A stretch of DNA of 64,000 bases from the human T2T-CHM13v2.0 reference genome, Homo sapiens. Shown piece after piece: positions 19,978 to 37,036 of this stretch. Within the stretch, counting starts at the first letter, position 1; every line of letters begins with the position of its first letter. The position numbers were made by a program, and so were the translations under genes. Under the pieces are notes generated by a model, which had not been told where the DNA came from, ran no database searches, and saw only the letters and a program-made list of their open reading frames with translations. The DNA is taken from the NCBI RefSeq assembly GCF_009914755.1, contig NC_060926.1. One strand, written 5' to 3'.

Positions 19978-21330
19978 GATTATGAACTGAATGTGTCCCC
20001 CCTCAAATTCATATGTCAAACCCCTGACTCCCAGTGTACTATATTTGGACATGGAGGCCTCTAAGGAAGTAATTAAGGTTAAATAAGGTCTTTAAGTTGG
20101 GGCCCTAATCTGATAGAATTGGTGTTCTTGTTAGAAGTCGGACCAGAGGCTCACTCCCTGTCTCCTTAAGCTCACAAAGAAGAAGTCATGTGAGCACACA
20201 GTGAAATGGCAGCCCTGCACAAGCCAAGAGAAGAAGCTGTAGAATGAAAGCTACCTTGCTGGTTGAGGGTCCAAAGTCTTCTCCTTTTGTACTGCGTGTG
20301 ACCCTTTCAGTTCAGGCTGGATGGCAGTGTTTTTACCAACATAATTCTCTTAAAAATATCATGGGTTTTCCATAATTCTTATTGGGGTCTACTGCATTAG
20401 AGAAAACCACACTTATATATTTCTGTGAGATAAGCACTTCTCTACCTTGGGTTTCTGCTCTTGACTCTTGAGTGACAACACTGTTAAGCTTCATGAAAAC
20501 CCTAAGGTTTGACTGAATGGTTTTTGACAGAGCATCTTGTAGCCACCTTTCCCCATCTCCAATTTCTTCTTTATACCATGTTTTTCTTCCATTGTCCTAG
20601 ATTTGATCTTTGCCTGAGAGTCACTTCTTAATTTTAGCTTGTTTGACAGCTGAAGAGGCAGAGAATGTTCAAAAGCAGTAAATCCTGTGTCCTTTTTAAG
20701 AGACCTTCCTTTAGCTTGTCTCTTTTCTCTTATCTTTTACTTTAAGCATCAAGAAGAAATCAGGCAGTATGTTCCTGCTCTGCTTGGACATTTCCTTAGC
20801 TAAATGGCACAACCCATAAGTTGCATTTTTTTCTCATTTAATCTTTTTTTTTTTTGAGGTGGAGTCTTACTCTGTTGTCCAGGCTGGAGTGCAATGGTGC
20901 AGTCTTGGCTACGGCACCCTCTGCCTCCCGGGTTCAAGCAATTATCATGCCTCAGCCTTGTAAGTAACTGGGATTACAGGTGCCCGCCTCCATGCCCAGC
21001 TGATTTTTGTATTTTCAGTAGAGATGATGTTTCACCATGTTGACCGGGCTGGTCTCGAACTCCTGACCCCAAGTGATCTGCCTGCCTTGGCCTCCCAAAG
21101 TGCTGGGATTACAGGCATGAGCGACCACACCTGGCCCTCACTTAATCTTTTGTCTTCATCTTTAAAACCTCAGAGTCCATTAGACTTCTACTAATGGTTT
21201 CTTCTTGGCTCTTCAGGCTTTCACCAACCCTCTCGTCACACTCATTCACATTTTTATGGACTTTTCAATATCAAAGCCACTCTTACATTTTAGGTTCCAC
21301 TGTGGCAGCACATCTCTTGCAGGTACCCAA
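19978..21330. mobile_element. MLT1A-like LTR piece followed by MaLR internal-like sequence (one Alu inside)
   Basis: tatgaactgaatgtgtccccc.caaattcatatgt...gtaattaaggttaaat.aggtc...ggccctaatc; downstream resembles MaLR internal sequence adjoining the next LTR. Confidence 0.6.
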
Positions 21331-21334
21331 GTCT

Positions 21335-22236
21335 TTATCATCTATTGCTGTGTAACAGATTATCCCAAAACGTAATGACTTAAAACTATAATAATTGTTT
21401 ATTATCTCAAACAGTTCCAGTGGACCAGAAATTTGGGAGCAACTTAACTGAGTGGTTCTGATTAGGAGACTTGCATGGGGTTGAATGGCACCTCAGTCAT
21501 CTGAAGAAGGCTTGATTGGGGCTGGAGGATCCCATTCAAGGATGGCTTATACACATGGCTGAGAAATCACTGGTGGTTGTTGGCAGGAGGTTTCAATTTC
21601 TTGTCTCATGGACCTCTCCATAGTGCTGCTAAGTGAGGACTAAACTCTGATTTTTTTATCTTGCCCAAATTCCTATCTGAGGGGTCTGGGGAGTCATGCC
21701 CTACAAATCATAGTCTCATCAGATGGGTTTTGTTTAACCCTATATATCATAATTTACTTTCCAACCTGACTCTGGCATAACATTATGAGACAAAGAAGAA
21801 AATCAACATATTTTACCCCAAAACATGTTGATTTGCCATATTTTGAAATGGCCCTGCAAAGCTGTTCTTTGTGGGGGAAAATTTGTATCTGTAAAGAATC
21901 TCTATTAACAGAGCTAGATCTTTTTCTTCCAGACCCTCCCAATCCTAACGAGAGTAACTAAGATCTGAATAGGAAACACTGGTCATTTATTGTCTCTAAG
22001 GGCAGCCACTATAAGACTTCAAAAGAACTTGTCAGGACATGGCCGTTGGCTTCTCGCAGAGTGAGTGATCGAAGAGCAAAGCAGAAGCCTTTATGATGAC
22101 CTACCCTTTGAATATCATTTCTGCAATATCCTCTTTGTTAATAGGGCAGCCCTATTCAGTGTGGGATGGAAATATGCGGGGGTGTAAGTTTAGGAAAAGA
22201 TAGTCACTGAAACTGTCTTGGAGACTGTCTGCCACA
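21335..22236 (-). mobile_element. MLT1 (MaLR) LTR hosting the MER4 insertion
   Basis: tattgctgtgtaacagattatcccaaaac...ggctggaggatcc...ends gactgtctgccaca. Confidence 0.7.
21634..22031 (+). mobile_element. MER4-family ERV1 LTR (partial), inserted into an MLT1 LTR
   Basis: Starts TGAGGACTAAACTCTGATTTTTTTATCTTGCCCAAATTCCTATCT.AGGGGTCTGGGGAGTCATGCCCTACAAA; MLT1 sequence resumes after it. Confidence 0.8.
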
Positions 22237-22302
22237 TAATCCAACAGGCAGGCGGTGATTTTATGTTTCAGAATGGAGTTTGTTTTAATATACTTTTTTT
22301 AA

Positions 22303-22656
<354 letters not shown>

Positions 22657-23477
22657 TAGCCAGGTTGGTCTCGATCTCCTGACCTCGTGATCCACCCTCC
22701 TCAGACTCCCAAAGTGCTGGGATTACAGGCGTGAGCCACTGCGCCTGGCCAACTTTTACACTTTAAATACTTTATTGGTGGAGACTTTCTAAAGTATATT
22801 TGAGCATGCTTTGAACATGTTTTCTTGTCATTTTAAAGTATTCAAAAATTATCTTCAATTATGTCAAGGGCTTTAAATAAGCACTGCTTTTTCTTCTTCT
22901 TCTGCTGGTGGGCAGAGGATCTTCACAATACCTACTCTTTAATGCTGAGTTTTTGAAAGGGCTATTCCTCACCCCCCAAGAAGGCCCTTGTACTTTAGAG
23001 GGGCTTTGAATGGGAAGCACTTGGAATTCAGAAGCAACTTAAATCCTTAATGCCTCTATTTTCTATTTCTGTATTAATGCCTTAATGTAGGCTAACCTGT
23101 TTGGGAGAGAAATCTTATATAGCTACTCTTCTAAGCTGGCACGATTGGGCTTTTACATAAACACAGCCCACACCTTACATCCATTCTGAAATCAGAGAGC
23201 CCAACTTCTAGGATCACAGTTCCGCCTGCTTCTGCAGGGAGCCTATTGCCCTTGACAGCTCTGTCCTACTTGCTCCAGAAGGAATGGTTCAGGTTGAATA
23301 GGGAAGGTGGTCGCCAAATATTGGACAGTGAATCTAAGAGAGTGCACTTTTTCTCTTCTAAGAGCCATTTTTGGGAAGACTCCATAGTGGAGCTTTCAGA
23401 GTCAGAAGGGGAGAAGAGAAACTGACAAAGCCCCCAGTTTTGGGGCCCCTGTGATCTATATGCATACCCCACCATCA

Positions 23478-23825
<348 letters not shown>

Positions 23826-24079
23826 TTAAAAAAATTACACTGGTAATATGGGTTTATTGTACAAAGATCAGAAAATACAGATAGGCCAAAGGAAGAAAAT
23901 AAAAGTCACCACATTTAACCACTGTTTACATTTAAACATCTATCCTTCCAAACAAGTTTTCATTTCTTGTTTATTCAGAGAACTGGGGGGAAATCCTTTT
24001 TTCCTACATCAAACATAGTTAGATAGGCCATTGATTGGTTGATTCTTTATGAACTATTTCCTAATTTGAAAATAAGTGA

Positions 24080-24985
<906 letters not shown>

Positions 24986-25428
24986 CTAAAATTAGGAGAC
25001 AATGTGTTTTAGACTAATGGACAGTAGCAGGGCTGGCAGAAAAGCCACGTGGACCAGCATCTTTTTCCTCCACATAGCTGCCTGCTTGGAGGGGCCATGA
25101 GTACAATGGTAATGCCAAGACCAATTACGTTAGTGGTATAGACTGGAGTTTGGTGCTGATGAGATCAAGGGGATGCAGAAATCACTGTGTTAAACAGTGA
25201 GTGTCCCTCAAAGATTCTGATCTCAGGGCAGGGACAGAAATTGGAAACAGATGCCTCAAAAATGCATTCAGTTAGTCCCAAAGGCAGCTCGGTGAAAGTA
25301 GGAATGACTTAGCATCATCTAACGTCACTCCCAGGGGAAAAATGCCCTGAAGCTTGTATTTCACTGATTGTTATTATAATTTTTATGTGACTGTATATGA
25401 TAACCATGTTGGCTTCTTTGAATTACAG

Positions 25429-25601
25429 GTCAAACTGCCTTAATATTTGGTGCAAGAATATTAGACTATGTCATCAATTTGTGCAAAGGTAAATTTGACT
25501 TCCTTGAACGGCTCTCAGACGATTTGCTCCTGACTATCATTTCTTATCTGGATCTTGAAGATATTGCCAGGCTTTGTCAAACATCACACAGATTTGCAAA
25601 G
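25429..25601 (+). CDS. FBXO36: FBXO36 coding exon 3, 173 nt, encodes most of the F-box
   Basis: ttacag|GTCAAA acceptor and AAG|gtaacg donor. Translates (G)QTALIFGARILDYVINLCKGKFDFLERLSDDLLLTIISYLDLEDIARLCQTSHRFAK; LERLSDDLLLTIISYLD..DIARL.QTSHRF fits the F-box pattern. Confidence 0.96.
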
Positions 25602-26145
25602 GTAACGGTCAATTATTTTATGTCTATATAGAATTTTCCATGTGCTTTCTAAAAAAAATTTTTAACATAGCAATCATTTGTTGAGTACTAACTTTGTGAT
25701 GGACACTGTCTTAGGTGCACAAGCAGCAGAGATGAAATGACATTCCTCCCCTCAAAGAACTTACAGTATTATAGTAGAGATTCATGTAAATGCAAATAAT
25801 TATAATACAGCGTGATCAGTTCAACAAGGGATGTGTATGCAAGGTACAAAGAGAGTGCAAAGTGATTTTCTCTGCCTGGCTTCACAAAAGCAGGTTACTT
25901 TATCTAGCTTTTGAGGGTGAAGTTGGTGAAGACAGGTGATCTGGGTTAGGGGGCATTCCAAGTCAAGGAACAACCAAGCAGAAGCATAGTGGCGTAAGAG
26001 AATAGGGCACTTTGGGAGGCCGAGGTGGGTGGATCACCTGAGGTCAGGAGTTTGAGACCAGCCTGGCCAACATGGGGAAACCCCATCTCTACTAAAAATA
26101 CAAAAATTAGCTGGGCGTGGTGGCAGGTGTTTGTAATCCCAGCTA

Positions 26146-26253
<108 letters not shown>

Positions 26254-27017
26254 TCAAAAAAAAAAAAAAAAGAGAGAGAGAATAGGGCAAGGAGGACAAC
26301 CTGACATCCGCGTTTCCATTTCTTCTAGTAATAGCCTTTGCTGCATTTCCTGTCTCCCAATATGTGTGTTTCAGTGGGCTGTCCATTGCAGTGTCCTGTT
26401 TTCTTCCTTGCCCGAAGCTGACGAGATGCATTGTCTCACTGCTTGAAATCCTCAGCAGAATGACCCAAGAGCAGGAAGCACAGTTAGTGCTGATTTCAGC
26501 CATTGTCAAGGCTTCAGTGTGACCTTTGTCAGTTGTACTACCTGGATCCTGGAAGATACCTTGGTCCCTAACCCTTCTGTTGTTCCTTCAACTCCAGAAC
26601 CCCCAATGCTACCCCACAATCACACACATACTACTTTTCCATTAAATCTCTTTTTGGCTTAAGTAAATCAGAATGGGAATCTGTTGCTTGCAACTGAGGA
26701 ACCCTGACTAGCTCGGTATTTAGCTGTAATGTGTTGGGGCAATGTCCATTTATAAAAGAACATACAACATTTTCCAAGATGATTCAAATCATAATCTTAT
26801 TATCTAAAAAGCCAACATTTTTTCCCAATAATGCAATAAAATGTCTTTATTTTTAAAATTAATTTTAATTCAGGCACAGTGGCTCATGACTGTAATTCCA
26901 GCACTTTGGGAGGCTGAGGAGGGAGGATTGGTTGAGCCTAGGAATTTGAGATCAACTTGGGCAAAATAGGGAGATTCCATCTCTACAGTACATTTTTAAA
27001 AAATTAGCTGAGTGTTA

Positions 27018-27380
<363 letters not shown>

Positions 27381-27478
27381 TCACTTGAGCCCAGGACGTT
27401 GAGGTTACAGTGAGTTGTGTTCATACCACTGTACCCCAGCCTGGACAACAGAACAAAACCCTGTCTCAAAAAACATAA

Positions 27479-27779
<301 letters not shown>

Positions 27780-28147
27780 AAAAATAATTTTAAGTAATGT
27801 AATTTTTTTTTTTTTTTTTTTTGAGACAGAGTCTTTCTCTGTCGCCCAGGCCAGAGTGCAATGGCATGATCTCCGCTGACTGCAACCTCCGCCTATTGGG
27901 TTCAAGTGATTCTTGTGCCTCAGCTTCCCGAGTAACTGGGATTACAGGCACCCACCATCATGCCCAGCTAATTTTTATATTTTTAGTACAGACGGGGTTT
28001 CCCCGTGTTGGCCAGGCTGATCTCAAACTCCTGACCTCAGGTGATCCACCCACCTCGGCCTCCCAAAGTGCTGGGATTACAGGTGTGAGCCACCGTGCCC
28101 GGCCTTAAGTAATATAATCTGTATTATAGTACTTAATATATTCCTTT

Positions 28148-28224
28148 TGAGAGTGTGTGTGTGTGTATATATATATGTATATATATATATATATGTATGT
28201 GTATATATACACACACACACATAT
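28148..28224. repeat. Compound (TG)n(TA)n(CA)n microsatellite
   Basis: Directly visible. Confidence 0.95.
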
Positions 28225-28379
28225 TTAATTTTTAAAAGAGAGGTGGGATTTCATTGTGTTGCCCAGGTTGCTCTTGAACTCCTGGGCTCAAATGATCCTC
28301 CCACCTCAGCCTCCCAAAGTGCTGAGATTACAGGTGTGAGCCACCTTCCTGTCCAAATATATATATGTATATATATGTA

Positions 28380-28615
28380 TTTTTTAACTTATATTTTGGG
28401 TTCAGGCATACATGTGAAGGTTTGTTACACAGGTAAACTCATGTCACAGGGTTTTTTTGTACAGATTATTTAATCACCCAGGTTAATTATTAAACCCAAT
28501 ACCCAATAGTTATGTTTTCTGCTCCTCCTCTTCCTCCCACCCTCCACCCTCAAGTAGACACCAGTATCTATTGTTTCCTTCTTTGTATTCATAAGTTCTC
28601 ATCATTTAGCTCCCC
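28380..28615 (-). mobile_element. L1PA16/L1PB-type 3' end fragment
   Basis: aacttatattttgggttcaggcatacatgtgaaggtttgttacacaggtaaact...cctcccaccctccaccctcaagtag...catttagctccc. Confidence 0.8.
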
Positions 28616-28752
28616 AAAATATATTTTTTACTTGATTTTCCTACCTAAAAATGGAAAGCTGAAAACAAGTACTATTGTATATATTTTTGCCATTAAATAA
28701 GTATCCTAAAGTTGAAATTTTGTGCTTGGTGCTGATAAGAAGCTGATTATTA

Positions 28753-29031
<279 letters not shown>

Positions 29032-29169
29032 TCAAAAAAAAAAAAAAAAAAAAAGAAGCAGCAGCAGCTGATTATTCATACTTTAAATGAAAAGAGAATT
29101 CTACGTAAATAAAATATGCAAGTGGGGATCTAGCAAAAGTTTCTGCGCTGTTGCAGGGCCTGGATTTGA

Positions 29170-29244
29170 TTTTCTATCAAATCCTTCCATTTACTTTCAG
29201 TAAATTTCTGCTCCTGCAAGTAAATGGAAGGATTTGATAGGAAA
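29170..29244. repeat. Inverted repeat with a 23-bp perfect stem
   Basis: ctatcaaatccttccatttactt (29174-29196) is the exact reverse complement of aagtaaatggaaggatttgatag (29218-29240). Confidence 0.97.
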
Positions 29245-29894
29245 CAGCAGCAAGTGAGTGGCTTCTGGTAGTTATTTCTCACGCTGAGCGGCTGCCTTCT
29301 CTCCAAGTTTTACTCACTTCCACTATTACTTTCACTCTTAGTGTCCTGCTATTATTTCAGTGCAGTCTTGAAAACATTCTCCATAATTTAGCCAGTGCTC
29401 TGAAGTAGGTCTTCTCTAGGTTGCTGATTTCAGCCCTGAGCATCTTTACAGAGCAGAATTATTAGAAGATGGAACATGACTCAGGGCTGCTGCTTTTATT
29501 CTCCCCGCATAACATTAACCACTTTTCTTTTTTTTTTTTTTTGAGTCAGAGTCTCGCTCGGTCACCCAGGCTGGAGTTCAGTGGTGAGATCTCAGCTCAT
29601 GCAACCTCCACCTCCTGGGTTCAAGGGATTCTCCTGCCTCAGCCTCCTGAGTAGCTGGGTGGGACTACAGGTGCTTGCCACCATGCCTGGCTAATTTTTG
29701 CATTTTCAGTAGAGACTGGGTTTCACCATGTTGGCCAGGTTGGTCTTGAACTCCTGGCCTCAAGTGATCCACCTACCTCAGCCTCCCAAAGTGTTGAGAT
29801 TACAGGCGTGAGCCACTGCACCCAGCCAACCACTTTTTTTCTTATTTGCACACAGGGAAAGAAGGAAAACCACTTATTTCTGTTGTCAATCTAA

Positions 29895-30503
<609 letters not shown>

Positions 30504-32056
30504 TAAGAGACAAAGTCACTCCATCACCCAGGCTGGAGTGCAGTGGCATGATCTCTGCTAACTGCAATCTCCGCCTCCCAGGTTCAAGCGATTCTCATGC
30601 GTCAGCCTCCTGAGTAGCTGGAATTACAAGTGCAAGCCACCACACCTGGCTAATTTTATTTTATTTTATTTTATTTCTGTATTTTTGGTAGAGACGGGGT
30701 TTTACCACGTTGGCCAGGCTGGTCTCGAACTCCTGACCTCAAGTGATCAGCCTGCCTCAGCTTCCCAAAGTGCTGGGATTACAGGCATGAGCCATTGCTC
30801 GGCCTATTGTTATTTTTTTTTTAACTTTTAATTACCCAGCTTCCCCCATGTTGACATCTTACATAACCATGGTACATTTATAAAAACTAGGCAATTAATA
30901 TTGGTACAACACTATTAACTAAAATACAGATGTTATTAGAATTTCATTAGTTTTTTCAATAATGTCCTTTTGCTGTTTTATGTCCAATCTAGCTTACTAC
31001 ACTGCATTTAGTAATTAAATCTTTCTCTGTTTTTTCCCCCCCGTACGTTAATTTTTTTTTTTTCCTTTTTGAGACAGGGTCTTGCTTTGTTACACAGTCT
31101 GGAGTGCAATGGCATGATTACAGCTCACTGCAACCTCCACCCCCTGGGCTCAAGTGATCCTTCCACCTCAGCCTCCTGGGTAGCTGGGACTACAGGCCTG
31201 CGCCACCATACCCAGCTAATTTTTGTATTTTTTGTAGAGACAGGGTTTTGCCATCTTGCGCTGGTTGGTCTTGAATTTTGGGGCTGAAGCAATCCTCCTG
31301 CTTCAGCCTCCCAAAGTGTTAGGATTACAGGCGTGCGCCACCATGCCCGGCATTAATTTTTTTCTCAAATCAGTTTCATCCTTCAAAAAACAAAAACTAT
31401 CCTTATCCAATCTCTCTTCTTCAAAAATGGTTTACATAGCAGTTAATGCTCAGCAAACCAGCAGCATTAGTGACTTTATAACCCATGATGAAATGAGAAT
31501 AATAAGGATGATATAAAGTTTTTGATAAAGCTAAACTTGTTTTATTTAAATGACCGTCTTTCAGTGGATGTTAGATCTTTCCTATTTTGGGGAGGGTTGA
31601 AATATTCCTTCTTGGCTGGGCACAGTGGCTCACACCTTTGGGAGGCCGAGGCGGATGGATCACGAGGTCAGGAGATCAAAACCATCCTGGCCAACATGAT
31701 GAAACCCCCGTCTCTACCAAAAATACAAAAAATTAGCCAGGTGTGGTGGCATGCGCCTATAGTCCCAGCTACTCAGGTTGAGGCAAGAGAATCGCTTGAA
31801 CCCAGGAGGCGGAGATTGCAGTGACCCAAGATCGGGCCACCGCACTTTACCCCAGGCTACAGAGCAAGACTCCGTCTTAAAAAAAAAAAAAAAAAAAAAA
31901 GTTCTTTTTTTTATGAAGTGGTGGCAATAATACATGATCACTTTAAAAATTGTTCTTATTTGACAAAATGTGAAAGTCAGCAGCAACCTTATTTTTGTTC
32001 TTTATTATCATTTTATTTTGTTCTGCCTTTTAAAAAATTCACTGGTCTTAGGATAA

Positions 32057-32413
<357 letters not shown>

Positions 32414-33512
32414 TAGTCTTGAACTCTTGAACTCAGGTAATCGCCTGCCTTGGCTTCCCAAAGTGCTGAGATTACAGGCATGAGCCACCCATGCCCAACC
32501 AAGTCTTCTGCTTCTTGACTCATCTCTGCTTCCAGGACTCTGGTGGGTTTTCTCCTGGGAACCCCTTCATTGCTTCAGTGATTGCTTGTCCATGTGAGCT
32601 CAGGGTGGCCATTTTACATTGTACTCTGGTCATGCCATTGTCCTGCTCACTGGCCTTTAATGGCTTCCTGTCATTTTCAGAATGAGGTCCACAGTCGTAG
32701 CCAGCACAGCCACGGGGCCCTCGCCCTGCCTCCTGCCACCCTCTGCCCCAGCCAGGTCAGCTCCTTGCAGCTCTCTGTGTGCTGTGCTCTACTGTGCCTT
32801 TTGCCTTTGCTTAACACTGCTCTCTTTTCCAGGAATATTCTCCTCCTGACTCAACCACCACCTGGATCTCCCAAATGCCCCTTGATTGGCTTTTGTGCTT
32901 GCTTGCCCCACCCCCTTGACTTGTCTCTCTGCCAAGCTCAAGGGCAAGGATTGTGTCACCTAACTTCATATACCCACCTTAACAGAGTGTCTAGCCCAGA
33001 GTTACCTCCCAGAAAACGGTGGTTGAATGCTTCCATATCAATTTTGTTTATATTTTTGAAAAAGAAAGTTGACATCCATTGCAATGGTCAGATTGGAAAT
33101 GTTTAAAAATTATGTATCCTTGTATATAAACTAAAAAGTTATTGCCCCTCCCAGTCCTGACCCTCATTCCTCTGATTCTCATCTCTAGTGGCAACCATAT
33201 TAACTGTGTTTTGCATGTCCTTCCGGAGATATTCTACACATGTAGAACCATATGTGTGTGGGATGTGCAAGTACATATACCGGTACACACACCCTTCTAA
33301 AAAGCATGTAGTAACATATTATATATTGTTCTCCATCTGTTTTTTTTTCTACTTCACAACATATTTTAGACACTTTTAAAATATCAGTACTGGCCACGCA
33401 TGGTGGCTCACACCTGTAATCCCAGCACTTTGGGAGGCCGAGGCAGGTGGATCACTTGAGGTGAGGAGTTTGAGAACAGTCTGACCAACATGGTGAAACC
33501 TCGTCTCTACTA

Positions 33513-33671
<159 letters not shown>

Positions 33672-33681
33672 TCAAAAATAA

Positions 33682-34065
<384 letters not shown>

Positions 34066-37017
34066 TGAAGATAATTTATTTAACCAGATTTTTTGTTTAC
34101 CCTCTGTATTTATAAATGATGCTCCATACTTTATATACAATTTGCATTGCATGTTTATCTGTAGAAAAAATTGCTAAGTGTAACTATTTAAAATACTCAA
34201 AGAAATATATTGAAATATGCATGATATAGGTAGTATACTGGGACTATAATATGCGCCTCCATGCATATGGAAAAAAGGAAATAAGTATGTACCTTGGGTC
34301 ACAGACTATAACATTCATTCATTCATTCATTTATTCATTCATTCATTTATTTGAGATGGAGTCTCACTCTGTTACTCAGGTCGGAGTGCAGTGGCACAAT
34401 CTTCGTTCATTGCAGCCTCCGCCTCCCAGATTCCAGTGATTCTCCTGCCTCAGCCTCCTGAGTAGCTGGGATTACAGGTGTCCTCCTCCATACCTGGCTA
34501 ATTTTTGTATTTTTAGTAGAGATGGGGTTTCACCATTTTGGCCAGGCTGATCTTAAACTCCTGACCTCAAGTGATCTGCCTACCTCGGCCTCCCAAAGTA
34601 CTGAGATTACAGATGTGAGCCACCACGCCCAGCCCATAAGAACATTTATTGAGCACCTACTGTATGTCTAGCATTCCACTAAGTTTTCTAATTACATTTT
34701 TTATTTAGTTCTCATAGAAATCTTTAGATGTAGATACTATTATTATCCTCATTCTATTTTATTTTATTTTAGTTTTTTTTTTTTTTTTTTGAGGCAGACT
34801 CTTGCTCTGTTGCCTAGGCTGGCACAATCTTGGCTCACTGTAACCTCTGCCTCCTGGGTTCAAGCAATTCTCCTGCCTCAGCCTCCCAAGTAGCTGAGAC
34901 TATAGGCGCATGCCACCATGCCCAGCTAATTTTCGTATTTTTAGTAGAGGCGGGGTTTCGCCATGTTGGTCAGGCTGGTCTCTAACTTCTTACATCAGGT
35001 GATCTGCCTGCCTTGGCCTCCCAAAGTGCTGGGATTACAGGCGTGAGCCACTGCGCCCTGCCATCCTATTCATAAGGAAGCTAAAACTCAGCAAGTCTAA
35101 CTGATGTGCCCGAGGTCATATGGCCAGGGAGTTTCCCTCAGGCACCCGACTGCTGGACCGAGTGATATATGGATACACTTCAGGGCTCTGTGCAGTCAGT
35201 ATGTAATTACTGAGCCCCTGCTGTGGGCCGGACACAGTGGTAGGTTCTGGGGACTTGAAGGTGAAAAGATGCACGTGTCCCTGCCTTTAAGGAGCTTACA
35301 TTCTTGAGCAGAGCAAAGGAAGAATATGGCTGGGAATGAAGTGGGAGGGGCTGCGGAGTAGCAGGCAGATCTGCAGGCACATGGTCAAGGTGTTGTTTTC
35401 ATGGAGCCTGTTAAGAGTGCGGTGTGCAGGGTCACCTCTACGAGACAGAAAGGCTCCCACGGCCAGACCTGACTCCGTAGTATCGCTTCTGCCTTAGAAG
35501 CATAAAGACACATTCCCAAGAGCCAGACTGTGTAGGGACTCTGTGAAAGGCACCCCAGCCCAGGGAGTCCATGGTGCTATTCCACAGTTGAGGATGGAAG
35601 TATCCAGTTATACTTAATGCCACCAGCAATCAGGATCATCCAGCTTTCTGCCTTTGCTCTGATTCTATGTTGACCAAGGCCTGGAGCCTGCAGCCTGGAG
35701 CTGTGGATGAGCAACCAGCATACTGGAAAGTAGAGCTCCACACCTGTCAGGGTGGGGCCAGTCTCGGACTGAGACAAGTTCACCAAGGTGTGCTGCCATT
35801 TGGGCACCTGCCTGGGGTGCCTAGTGGCTTGCCCCTGATAGCACCAGGCCTTGATGCTATCCATTTCCTCCAAAATGCAGTAGATAAGTCTGGAGAAACC
35901 ACCAGTGCAGCTAGATGAGAAGGCTGAGGCCCAGGCCGGGAAAGAGATGGTCATGACAGGCATATAAACACATTCATCCTGATTGTGACTCAGGAATCAC
36001 CGGGAGAACCACTTAGGAAGAAAACCACTCCTCTGTCCTTTGTTGGCTGTGGAGAGAGAGATTTTTTCCTCATGTCTACAAACCCTCTATGATCATAATT
36101 CCCATGTCTGGCCAAGCAGGTGAAGCCCCTGGGGCACAGGTGGAAACACAGATGCCAGGCCCATCCCCTGAGCATCTGGCTTGGTAGATCTGAGGTGGAA
36201 CCAGCACTTGTGCTCTTAATGTGTTTTCTTGTGTTTACAGCAACCTGATTCTAAGGGTTTGGTCCAACAATTTTCTTTTTTTTTTTGTTACAGAGTCTCG
36301 CTCTGTTGCCCAGGCTGGAGTGCAGTGAAGCAATCTTGGCTTACTGCAATCTACCTCCCAGGTTCAAGCGATTCTCCCTCAGCCTCCCAAGTAGCTGGGA
36401 CTACAGGCGCATGCCACCATACCTGGCTAATTTTTGTATTTTAGTAGAGACAGAGTTTCACCATGTTGGCCAGGCTGTTCTCGAATTCCTGATGTCAAAT
36501 AATCCACCCTTCGGCCTCCCAAAGTTCTGGGATTACAGGAGCCTGCCACCACCCCTGGCTAATTTTTGTATTTTTAGTAGAGACAGGGTTTCACCATGTC
36601 GGTCTGGCTGGTCTCAAACTCCTGACCTCAAGTGATCTACCCACCTCGGCCTCGCAGAGTGCTGGGATTACAGGCATGAGCCACTGTGCTCATCCTGGCC
36701 CAAGAATTTGACCAATCGATATTAAGGTTGTACAGATCAAATGTCTCAGGGGACTCTAGAAGGCTGGAAGCTTGCGGGAGGAGATCTCCTAGCATCACTG
36801 CGCAGGCAGTGTGGTGTGTTTAAATAAGCAGGAGGCTGGAGAGCTGGGTTCTGTTCTGTTCTTCGCTCAGCCACTCCCCAGCATGAACCTGGAACAGCAT
36901 CCTTCTCCCTTCTCTTCTCTCAGCCCTGGTTTTCCTATTTGCAAAGGGAGAGGTTTTAAATAGATAAGCCCTAAGATTCTCTTCAACTTGACAATTTATG
37001 TATGCAAAATTCATGCA

Positions 37018-37036
37018 CCACCACCGGGGGGCGCTA
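37018..37036 (+). promoter_or_regulatory. Candidate CTCF binding site in FBXO36 intron 3
   Basis: CCACCGGGGGGCGCTA (37021-37036) versus consensus core CCACCAGGGGGCGCTA: 1 mismatch, CpGs retained, unique sequence. Confidence 0.7.

Noticed and set aside
32582-33106. 174-aa non-Alu ORF
   Set aside because: No recognisable domain, non-ATG start, low-information L/S/P/C composition; overlaps probable old L2-like sequence.
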